Below are positions 18,938-26,500 of a stretch of 32,134 nucleotides of DNA, piece by piece (the stretch's first letter is position 1; each line of letters starts with the position of its first letter). The DNA comes from Parcubacteria group bacterium GW2011_GWA2_37_10 (GTDB taxonomy: Bacteria > Patescibacteriota > Minisyncoccia > Minisyncoccales > Staskawiczbacteraceae), in NCBI GenBank assembly GCA_000992015.1, contig LBSQ01000001.1, forward strand, positions 19,473-51,606, written 5' to 3'. Under the pieces are notes generated by a model, which was not told where the DNA came from, ran no database searches, and saw nothing but the letters and a program-made list of their open reading frames with translations. The translations under genes and the position numbers were made by a program.

Positions 18938-19765
18938 TTAATTTCTTTTTGAAAATTTTTTAGGATCGTTTATTGACTGACCCTCCAACAATTGGTTGTT
19001 AATTTCTTCGGCTGTTTTGTGAAGTTTTAGGTCAATGCCGATACTGTCGGCAAATTTAATTAAGGATTTGATATCTTTTGGCAGGCATTTACCGCCATAG
19101 CCCCGATAGCCCTTGTGAAAAACCTCAAGGTGGGTTCTTCCTATTCTTTTATCAGCCGCTGCTGATTCTGTAACCATATCATAATTAATATTCAATTTTT
19201 GGCACAAATCATACATCTGGTTGGCGAAAATTACCTTAATTGAAAACCAAGTATTGCCAAAATACTTAACCATTTCAGCTTCAGTGGAAGGCATTATTTT
19301 TTCAAATGGCGCCAAGGGCAAAATTTGCATAATATCTCCTGCCACATTATAACTTTCTTTTGTATGCCCTATTATTTGCCTGTCTGGATATTCCATATCT
19401 TGGTCTGCCGTTGTTTCAGTTAAAAATTCAGGGTTGAATAAAAACTTATGTTTTGAATATTTTTGCTGAAGAGCTTTGGTGGTTCCCGGAATAACGGTTG
19501 ATTTTATCACTATTATTTTTTCTCCAGAAATATTATCGCAAGCGTCTTCAATAAAAGACAAATCAAATCCTTTTTCTGCGTCAAAAGGAGTGGGAACGCA
19601 AATAAATATAACATCTGCATTGTTTATTTCTCCAACAGAGCCCTCATTTTTTCCCTTGTCGTAAAATAAAACCGTAAATTCCCTCTTATCAAAATATCTC
19701 TTTACCGCTCCCCCCACCATTCCCAATCCCATAATTCCTATTTTAAATTTTTTATTATTTTCCAT
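18938..19765 (-). CDS. Short UDP-glucose/GDP-mannose dehydrogenase family protein
   Basis: GLGMVG, ICVPTP, KSTVIPGTT, NPEFL, AEMVKY, GYGGKCLPKD. About 275 aa; start placed at ATG 19765. Confidence 0.85.
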   Translation of the reverse strand: MENNKKFKIGIMGLGMVGGAVKRYFDKREFTVLFYDKGKNEGSVGEINNADVIFICVPTPFDAEKGFDLSFIEDACDNISGEKIIVIKSTVIPGTTKALQQKYSKHKFLFNPEFLTETTADQDMEYPDRQIIGHTKESYNVAGDIMQILPLAPFEKIMPSTEAEMVKYFGNTWFSIKVIFANQMYDLCQKLNINYDMVTESAAADKRIGRTHLEVFHKGYRGYGGKCLPKDIKSLIKFADSIGIDLKLHKTAEEINNQLLEGQSINDPKKFSKRN

Positions 19766-20669
19766 AGTTTTCTTCAAACCATTTTTTAGTAATATTTACC
19801 CCGTCTTTAAAATCGACATTGGGCTTCCACGAAAGAAGATTTTGGGCCAACGTGGTGTCTGCCTGGGTGTGGCGGGGATCTCCGATTCGGGCTTCAAAAT
19901 ACTGAACTTCTCCTCCCAGCAATCCAGCCAGATAATTTATGGAATAAGAATTTTCCTGGCCGATGTTTATCACCTCTCCTCCTTTTATTTTAGAACTCTC
20001 TGACGCCTTAATATTGGCGTCAACCACATCTTCAACAAAACAAAATCCTCTAGTTTGCTCTCCGTCGCCGTATATAGTAAAAGGTTTATTTTGTGACTTC
20101 AGTTTTAAAAATTTGCCGAGAACTAGGCTGTAATCAGAATTAAAATCAATCCTTGGGCCGTAAACATTAAAATATCTTAAACAGACAATTTGAATTTTAA
20201 AAAGGCTGACAAACATTTTCGCGTATTGCTCGCCTATTAATTTCTGCAGGCCGTATGGGCTCAAAGGATTCGGGGACATATTTTCCACAAGAGGCAATTT
20301 TTCTTGCGCACCGTATATAGAAGAAGACGATGCAAAAACAACTCTTTTCACCTTGCTATCAACTGCTGCCTTAAAAACATTCACCGTGCCCAAAACATTC
20401 ACCTTTGATGTATTCACCGGATCTTCTATGGACAGAGGAACCCTTGGGATAGCGGCTAAATGAAAAACATAATCTACTCCATTAAAAATTGGGCTGATTT
20501 TTTCAAAATCGCAAACATCTTCCTTAAAAAAATTTGCCTTGGGATTTAAATTTTTAAGATTGCCTGTTGAAAGATTATCAATCACAACAACATCGTGTCC
20601 CAGCTCTATTAATTTATCAACAAGATGACTACCTATAAAACCCGCTCCCCCGGTGACTAAATATTTCAT
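19755..20669 (-). CDS. NAD-dependent epimerase (WbpP/GalE-like extended SDR)
   Basis: VTGGAGFIGS, FHLAA, ASSSS, SPYGLQK, LRYFNVYGP. Confidence 0.93.
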   Translation of the reverse strand: MKYLVTGGAGFIGSHLVDKLIELGHDVVVIDNLSTGNLKNLNPKANFFKEDVCDFEKISPIFNGVDYVFHLAAIPRVPLSIEDPVNTSKVNVLGTVNVFKAAVDSKVKRVVFASSSSIYGAQEKLPLVENMSPNPLSPYGLQKLIGEQYAKMFVSLFKIQIVCLRYFNVYGPRIDFNSDYSLVLGKFLKLKSQNKPFTIYGDGEQTRGFCFVEDVVDANIKASESSKIKGGEVINIGQENSYSINYLAGLLGGEVQYFEARIGDPRHTQADTTLAQNLLSWKPNVDFKDGVNITKKWFEENYGK

Positions 20670-22225
20670 GTTGTTAAAAAATCTAATTTTTTAGAAAAAA
20701 ACTTAACTATCTTGTTGTTTGAGGCCCAATTAATTCCAAGCGGCGCTAAACAGAAAAGAGATATAAAGGCTGGAATCCTAATTCTGGTTGTTATGCCAAA
20801 ATTGGCTATAAAAACAGAAAGTACGCTCAATAATAATATACTGAAAAAAAGCAGGGTAAAAGCATGCGACCTAATAGGTTTTTTTATTCCTTTTATTATA
20901 AAAAATATAGAAAAATACAAAAGAATGGTTTCGGGTAAAATTAGAAAATGCCTCAAATACCTCATTTGCCAAGGAAAAGGACCTAATGAAGCATAAATAA
21001 AAGATGTTAAAGAATTTTTTAAAAAGGTAAAGGGATTTTCAAATCCCGTCTTTACTATTACATTAGATCCTCTACCTCTTTTTGTAATAGGATTATCAGT
21101 AAAGCCAGAAGGTTTGGGTTCAGTGGCCACAGAGGGTTCAGTGGCCACAGAGGGTTCAGTGGCCACAGAGGGTTCAGTGGCCACAGAGGGTTCAGCGGCC
21201 ACAGAGGGTTCAGCGGCCACAGAGGGTTCGACAATCACAGGGGGCTCAGTAGTTGGCGGAACTTCAGGATTAGCAACAGCAAGAAATTCTCTATAATAAG
21301 TAATCATTTTTTGATTAATAAAGGCCTTCATAAAATTAATTCCAAAATATCCTGACCCGTTAGATGTTCCTCCTGAAATATTAGGCAAAAAACCCAGAAG
21401 AATAATAATTATAATCCCATAGATTAATCTTTTTTTTATTTTTAAATTTGAAAATAAAAACCAACAAACAATAAAAGTTAAAAGGGCAGTAGTGGCGATA
21501 TAAAGACGAAAATGGAATAAAACGCCCAAAGCAATATAAAAAATTAGAAATTTGAGCCAAGAAAACGCTTTAAGTAATTTTAAAATTGCTAACAACGCAA
21601 TTGAACATAATAAGACGACCAAAGCGTCTTTCAACAATAAACTTCCGAAAAAAAGTAAACTGGGATAAATGCTTACAATTAATCCCGCAAGAAAAGCTTC
21701 TTTTTTTGAACCGCCAATCTCCATAACTGTTAGATAAACAAAAATAACTAAAAGGGCAACTAACCAAGCATTAAACATTTGACCAATAAACGCTTGCGGC
21801 AATGTCAAAGTATAAATATAACCAAGAATAACTGGATAATTATGACCAACGTCCAATCCCTGTAAGGAAAAATTTCCCTGACGAATCCTTTCTGATATCT
21901 GTCGAGCTACAACGTCATACTCTGAATAATCTCCAGCGCCCCCGCTAAACGGCTGAAATCCAGTGTAATGAACAAAGAATACCGTTCCAATGTGGATTAA
22001 AAAAGCAATTAAAAAAAGTATATATACTGTTTTTGTTTTAAAACCTATTTTTTTAAGTATTAAAAAGGTGGTTGCTGTTAAAAAAACAATAAAGACGACC
22101 CCTACGGCCAGCGTTTTGTCAAACAAAGAAACTGCCGCCAAAAATAAACAGCTCGAAATGATTGTTGTTATTAAATGAGGAGAAGAAAAACTTTCTTTCA
22201 ATATAGATATAATTTTTCTGAACAT
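20666..22225 (-). CDS. Polytopic membrane protein, putative GT-C-fold polysaccharide polymerase/ligase (Wzy-like)
   Basis: More than 10 hydrophobic segments, GDYSEY loop, LLKD, PFPWQ, NFGITTRIR; cluster context. Confidence 0.6.
   Translation of the reverse strand: MFRKIISILKESFSSPHLITTIISSCLFLAAVSLFDKTLAVGVVFIVFLTATTFLILKKIGFKTKTVYILFLIAFLIHIGTVFFVHYTGFQPFSGGAGDYSEYDVVARQISERIRQGNFSLQGLDVGHNYPVILGYIYTLTLPQAFIGQMFNAWLVALLVIFVYLTVMEIGGSKKEAFLAGLIVSIYPSLLFFGSLLLKDALVVLLCSIALLAILKLLKAFSWLKFLIFYIALGVLFHFRLYIATTALLTFIVCWFLFSNLKIKKRLIYGIIIIILLGFLPNISGGTSNGSGYFGINFMKAFINQKMITYYREFLAVANPEVPPTTEPPVIVEPSVAAEPSVAAEPSVATEPSVATEPSVATEPSVATEPKPSGFTDNPITKRGRGSNVIVKTGFENPFTFLKNSLTSFIYASLGPFPWQMRYLRHFLILPETILLYFSIFFIIKGIKKPIRSHAFTLLFFSILLLSVLSVFIANFGITTRIRIPAFISLFCLAPLGINWASNNKIVKFFSKKLDFLTT
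21116..21223. repeat. Coding 18-bp tandem repeat x6 (EPSVA[A/T])
   Basis: GGGTTCAGYGGCCACAGA units at 21116, 21134, 21152, 21170 (T) and 21188, 21206 (C); two degenerate units follow to ~21259. Confidence 0.97.
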
Positions 22226-22248
22226 AAATTTTTATGTATTTTTAATTT

Positions 22249-23157
22249 TTATATCTGACTCTTAAAATAATCTTTAATTCCTTTTTTTATATCATATTCT
22301 GGAGAATATCTCAAAAATTCTCTTGTTTCTGTTAAATCTGCCTCTGTGTTTTCTTGATAGTGCTCATATGGGTTATCAATGTATTCTGGCTCAAGATTTA
22401 CGCCAAACGTTTTGTTAAGATTCTTTATTATTTCATTGAATGTTGTTGCCTTGCCTGCGCCAATATTAAAAACACCGCTTTTTTCGCAATCCATAGCCAA
22501 TAAATTTGCTTTAACAACATCTTTTACATAAACTTGGTCTCTTTTCTGCTCCCCGTATTTGAATATTCTCGGCCTCTTGCCTTCTTTCATCTGTAAGTAT
22601 AACTGCCAAATCATACTTGCCATTTTGCCTTTGTATTTTTCGCCTGGGCCATAAACATTAAAATAACGGAGCCCGACAATGTGAAGATTGTTAAAATTTT
22701 CACGGGCGATGTTGTCTGCCTTTAATTTAGAAAGCCCGTATACGTTGGCAGGAACTTCATTTTTGCCTACCAACATTGGAGGCGAAGAGTGGCCGTAAAC
22801 TGCTGCCGAGGAAGCATAAATCAGTTTGGCTCCGCATTTTATGGAAAAATCAAGAACATTTTTAAATCCATCTACGTTGTTGAGCATCATTTTTTTTTCG
22901 TCAAAAACCGTGGTATCTGTAATAGCGGCTTGGTGAAAGATAACATCCAGTTTATAAAAATGTTTGTTAAGATCTATTTCGGCAATGTTTCCGGAAATAA
23001 TTTCTCCTTTAAATCCGACTAAATTATCTGAATTCCCCGAAGAAAAATTATCAATAATATAATATTTGTTGTCGGGATATTTTTCCTGCAATGTTTTAGT
23101 TAGGTTTGATCCAATAAATCCAGCTCCCCCTGTAATTAAAATTTTTTTATTTTCCAT
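22249..23157 (-). CDS. rfaD: ADP-L-glycero-D-manno-heptose 6-epimerase
   Basis: ITGGAGFIGSN, FHQAAITDTT, YASSAAVYG, YGLSK, GLRYFNVYGPGE..KGKMAS, YQENTEAD; adjacent to heptose genes. Confidence 0.85.
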   Translation of the reverse strand: MENKKILITGGAGFIGSNLTKTLQEKYPDNKYYIIDNFSSGNSDNLVGFKGEIISGNIAEIDLNKHFYKLDVIFHQAAITDTTVFDEKKMMLNNVDGFKNVLDFSIKCGAKLIYASSAAVYGHSSPPMLVGKNEVPANVYGLSKLKADNIARENFNNLHIVGLRYFNVYGPGEKYKGKMASMIWQLYLQMKEGKRPRIFKYGEQKRDQVYVKDVVKANLLAMDCEKSGVFNIGAGKATTFNEIIKNLNKTFGVNLEPEYIDNPYEHYQENTEADLTETREFLRYSPEYDIKKGIKDYFKSQI

Positions 23158-24187
23158 TGTTTAAAATAATATTTACGGCATCTAAAATATTTTTGACATG
23201 ATAATTCGGTTCTAATTTCAGATCAACAGGCATTTTTTTACCGATCTTTATGGTTTTTATGTTTGCCTCTCTGCCAGCAATAATATCTCTGAAATCGTCC
23301 CCCACTATCCAACTTTTGCTTAAATTCAAACCAAAGTCCTCGCCAGCCTTTAAAAGCATGCCTGGCTTTGGCTTTCTGCAAGGACAATTGTCATTTGGCC
23401 CGTGCGGACAGTAATAAATTTTATCAATTCTCACCTCGTTTTTTCTGAGTTCTTTTAGCATCCAATCGTGCAATTTTTTTAAATCTTTTTCATTATAATA
23501 TCCTCTGGCTATTCCAGACTGATTAGTTGCAATAATGATTTTGTGATCAGTTTTTGATAATTTTTTCAAAGCGGAAATCGCGCCGAGAACAAATTTAAAA
23601 TCATCTATTTTGTGAATATATTCGGGTTCGTTTATATTTATAGTCCCGTCGCGGTCTAAAAAAACCGCTTTCACTTCGGGTTTAAAATGAATATTATTAG
23701 TTTTTTGTCCCGCTTGGCGGGATTCCGCTACGCGGGACATCAACCCGCTGGTTGAAAAACCCTGTTGCCATTTTAGAATATGAATTTTTCCCCCATTTTC
23801 TTCAACAACACCCCTTTCAACGCAATTTTTACCCCAGTCAGAACCGTTACAATGAATATCCGGCTTTATTTTTTTTAAAATTTCTTTTGGATTGATTTCA
23901 TCAAAATGGACAACATAATCAACATGTCCAATAGCAGACAGAACTTCCGCCCGCTCTTTTTCCGAATTTACGGGATGATTGGGCCCTTTATATTTTTGAA
24001 CAGAGTTATCGCTGTTTAAAAGAATGGCTAAAATATCCCCCTGCGCTTTTGCCTCTTCCAAAGATTTAATGTGTCCCAAATGCAGAATGTCAAAACTGCC
24101 GTTATAAGTAACGACTTTTTTCCCCTGCTCTTTAAGGTTTTTTACGATCTCAACAATTTCTCCTTGTCTTTTAATCTTCGGATTCAT
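23147..24187 (-). CDS. gmhB: Fusion of heptose-1-phosphate nucleotidyltransferase (RfaE2/HldC-like) and heptose-1,7-bisphosphate phosphatase (GmhB)
   Basis: N-terminal GSFDILHLGH, NSDNSV..YKGP, GFSTS; C-terminal AVFLDRDGTIN, TNQSGIARG, CPH...CPCRKPKPGM, VGD. Start placed at ATG 24187. Confidence 0.9.
   Translation of the reverse strand: MNPKIKRQGEIVEIVKNLKEQGKKVVTYNGSFDILHLGHIKSLEEAKAQGDILAILLNSDNSVQKYKGPNHPVNSEKERAEVLSAIGHVDYVVHFDEINPKEILKKIKPDIHCNGSDWGKNCVERGVVEENGGKIHILKWQQGFSTSGLMSRVAESRQAGQKTNNIHFKPEVKAVFLDRDGTININEPEYIHKIDDFKFVLGAISALKKLSKTDHKIIIATNQSGIARGYYNEKDLKKLHDWMLKELRKNEVRIDKIYYCPHGPNDNCPCRKPKPGMLLKAGEDFGLNLSKSWIVGDDFRDIIAGREANIKTIKIGKKMPVDLKLEPNYHVKNILDAVNIILNNGK
23706..23739. 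repeat. Double mini-hairpin in the interdomain linker (SRVAESRQAGQ)
   Basis: TCCCGC-TTG-GCGGGA (23708-23722) plus CCGC-TAC-GCGG (23725-23735); outer inverted repeat TGTCCCGC/GCGGGACA. Confidence 0.8.
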
Positions 24188-24204
24188 TTTTTTTTTATTA
24201 GACA

Positions 24205-24233
24205 AATATAACATAATTGTAAATATTTTTAAA
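24205..24233 (-). promoter_or_regulatory. Possible restart promoter for rfaE2-gmhB, divergent from the Nudix promoter
   Basis: TTTAAA, 17 nt, TATATT with an extended TG; weak evidence in AT-rich DNA. Confidence 0.3.
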
Positions 24234-24235
24234 TA

Positions 24236-24322
24236 TTGACATTATCATGAATAAATGATAGCATGAGTGCATCTTGAACATTGACAAAATAGTTGTTTTT
24301 CGCAGGCGTCTGCGAACAGCTA
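24236..24322 (+). promoter_or_regulatory. Sigma70 promoter, boxA-like element and leader hairpin of the Nudix gene
   Basis: TTGACA (24236-24241), 17 nt, TAGCAT (24259-24264, extended TG); GAACATTGACAA (24276-24287); hairpin TAGTTG..TTCGCAG-GCGT-CTGCGAA-CAGCTA (24290-24322). Confidence 0.65.
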
Positions 24323-24356
24323 CTATTGGATTTGTTCGGTTTTGGGAGAGGGTGTT

Positions 24357-25070
24357 ATGAACGAACGTAAAAAAATAGTTCTCGCGAAACATCTGATTGG
24401 CAAGGGCGGTTGGGTAAGCCTCTATGGTTTCAACACCGAGGGCGGCCGTCGAGAAATATTGGCGCGAAATAACGGCCACTTTAAAGCGGCCAAGTGCCTG
24501 GTTCTGTACGTTGACAAAAATGTGTGGGAAAAATTGCGTGCTGAGAACAGCAGTGGTCTTCCGACCTTTTTGCGCCGTCTCAAGGCGATTGGATTATCCA
24601 ATTTTCAGGTTTTCCTTTTGGCGGTAGACAGGCCCCTCACGTATTCGGATTCACTGGATCTTGCCGGGCTGACTGCAAACCACCAACTGGAATTATCCGG
24701 AGGCGTAGCTGACGCAGTTGATAAGGACGCTATCGCCACCGGTGTACGGGAAACCTACGAGGAATATGGCTGCACGGCCGCAGATGTCGCGATGACAGCT
24801 CCTTTGGTAGCCGAAGGAGCTCACGTGGCATATGATGCCGGTGGCCAGGTAGAGATCTACTCAATTTCCGTTGCCGTTGTCACACAAAAACCAAGTCCTC
24901 CACGACGCGAAGGCACCATACCGGACAAATGCGTTTTAGTGCCCCTTTTGGAAGCTGAAGAGTTCCTGATGGAACAGGGCAGGCAGGGCATCCTTCTAGA
25001 AGGGCTTGCCTTGACTGCGCTATCTCATCTCGGCCTTGCATTGCATGGCGGATGGAATAGCTTGAGATAA
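24357..25070 (+). CDS. Nudix hydrolase, divergent NDP-sugar/ADP-ribose pyrophosphatase-like
   Basis: LELSGGVADAVDKDAIATGVRETYEEYGC is a variant Nudix box; SD GGGAGAGGG precedes the ATG at 24357. The only credible + strand gene; higher GC. Confidence 0.75.
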   Translation: MNERKKIVLAKHLIGKGGWVSLYGFNTEGGRREILARNNGHFKAAKCLVLYVDKNVWEKLRAENSSGLPTFLRRLKAIGLSNFQVFLLAVDRPLTYSDSLDLAGLTANHQLELSGGVADAVDKDAIATGVRETYEEYGCTAADVAMTAPLVAEGAHVAYDAGGQVEIYSISVAVVTQKPSPPRREGTIPDKCVLVPLLEAEEFLMEQGRQGILLEGLALTALSHLGLALHGGWNSLR

Positions 25071-25103
25071 TGGAATATCCTTCTTGGCGCTAAACTTCAC
25101 AAC

Positions 25104-25136
25104 GCCCGTCGGTTGACAAACTGACGGGCTTTTTTT
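25104..25136 (+). terminator. Intrinsic terminator of the Nudix cassette
   Basis: GCCCGTCGGTT-GACA-AACTGACGGGC followed by T7. Confidence 0.85.
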
Positions 25137-25146
25137 ATTGATAATT

Positions 25147-26103
25147 TTAGCTTTCCAAATATTGTTTTAACTCTTCCGGCCCGACTGTTGCTGTACCCAA
25201 TTTGCCAACTACAATCCCAGCCGCGTGGTTTGCAATTATAGTCGCCTGTTCAAGGTTGGCGCCGGCGGCCAAAGCCAGAGTGGCAACAGCCACTACCGTA
25301 TCTCCTGCTCCGCTTACGTCAAACACTTCTCTTGCCACTGCTGGAAAATGTTTGACATTATTGTTTTCAAAAAGAGTTGCTCCCTTAGCTCCCCGAGTGA
25401 GCAAAACACTGCAATTTAATTGCTTCTGAATTATTTTTCCAGCTACCTCAAAATCGCTGACTCCGGATATTTCCAAAGATTCTTTCTGATTAGGGCTCAA
25501 AAGAGTAATGTTTTTGAAGAATGGCGCGTGTTTTGGTTTTACATCGCCAATAATCGGTTTTTTATATTTTACAGCCAAATTGACTATATTTTCGGCTAAA
25601 TTTTTAGTAATCAATCCTTTTGCATAATCTGAAACCACAATGCCGTCCCATTCTTTAATATGCAAAACGATAAATTCCAATAATTTTCTTTCGACATTAT
25701 CGTCAACATATTGAACATCTTCCTTATCTACTCTCACAACCTGCTGGCTTCTGGCAACAACTCTTATTTTCTGAATAGTCGGCTTTTTAGAATGTACCGT
25801 AACTCCTCCTATTTCAATCCCTCTTTTTTTGAACTCTGAAAGCAATATTTTTCCCGCTAAATCTTTTCCTACTAAGCCAACAATGAATGCTTTGCCGCCA
25901 AGAGCGGCAATATTTGCGGCAGTGTTTCCCGCTCCGCCCGGCACAAAACTCTCTCTGGCAACCACAACTACTGGAATTGGGGCTTCAGGCGAGATTCTGT
26001 CGGCATCTCCCCACATAAAGTGATCCAACATTAAATCGCCTATCACTCCGATTTTTTTTCCTTTAAAATTTTCCGTTATTTTAATTAGTTTATTTTTTTC
26101 CAT
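25147..26103 (-). CDS. rfaE1: D-glycero-beta-D-manno-heptose-7-phosphate kinase (RfaE domain I/HldA, PfkB family)
   Basis: GDLMLD, RISPEAPIPVV, GGAGNTAANI, SDYAKG, VFDVSGAGDTV, AAGIVVGKLGTA. Confidence 0.95.
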   Translation of the reverse strand: MEKNKLIKITENFKGKKIGVIGDLMLDHFMWGDADRISPEAPIPVVVVARESFVPGGAGNTAANIAALGGKAFIVGLVGKDLAGKILLSEFKKRGIEIGGVTVHSKKPTIQKIRVVARSQQVVRVDKEDVQYVDDNVERKLLEFIVLHIKEWDGIVVSDYAKGLITKNLAENIVNLAVKYKKPIIGDVKPKHAPFFKNITLLSPNQKESLEISGVSDFEVAGKIIQKQLNCSVLLTRGAKGATLFENNNVKHFPAVAREVFDVSGAGDTVVAVATLALAAGANLEQATIIANHAAGIVVGKLGTATVGPEELKQYLES

Positions 26104-26105
26104 GT

Positions 26106-26122
26106 TTTTAGCGTAGCGATAT
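26106..26122 (-). promoter_or_regulatory. Start-proximal conserved motif, copy 3 (before rfaE1)
   Basis: Minus strand ATATCGCTACGCTAAAA-AC-ATG. Confidence 0.6.
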
Positions 26123-26125
26123 TTT

Positions 26126-26494
26126 TTAGTCTCCCTTAATTATACGTTTTGAATCTTCTTCATAATGAGTGGTAGAAAATTCAAAAAGGTTTGAGTCTTC
26201 CAGAGCCGTCATTTGGTGCCTTAACCCAATTGGTATCTCAAGGCAGTCGCCCGACAAAAACATATAAGATTTTGCGGTTAAAATATCGTCTTCAAAACTG
26301 ACTTTTATTTCCATTTTTCCTGAAAAAAGATAAAATGTTTCGTGTTTTTTTTCGTGGTAATGAAAACTGCATTTTTTTCCTTTTTCAAAAAATAATAATT
26401 TTCCGCAATACTCCCTGTTGCTTATCCAGTCTTCAAAACCCCATCCTTTTTTATGTCTTTCTGGCTTATATGGTTTTGGCACTTCTTTGCTCAT
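26126..26494 (-). CDS. Cupin-domain protein (putative sugar-phosphate isomerase)
   Basis: KGWGFE, SFHYHEKKHETFY (HxHxxxxE metal motif), IPIGLRHQM, EFST. Confidence 0.85.
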   Translation of the reverse strand: MSKEVPKPYKPERHKKGWGFEDWISNREYCGKLLFFEKGKKCSFHYHEKKHETFYLFSGKMEIKVSFEDDILTAKSYMFLSGDCLEIPIGLRHQMTALEDSNLFEFSTTHYEEDSKRIIKGD

Positions 26495-26500
26495 TAAAAT

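Noticed and set aside
21116-21223. Repeat array as a possible CRISPR
   Set aside because: The 18-bp units are contiguous without spacers, lie in-frame in a CDS, and no cas genes are present.
24198-24479. 93-aa minus-strand ORF overlapping the Nudix leader
   Set aside because: It runs across promoter DNA and antisense to the Nudix gene, with no protein-like features.
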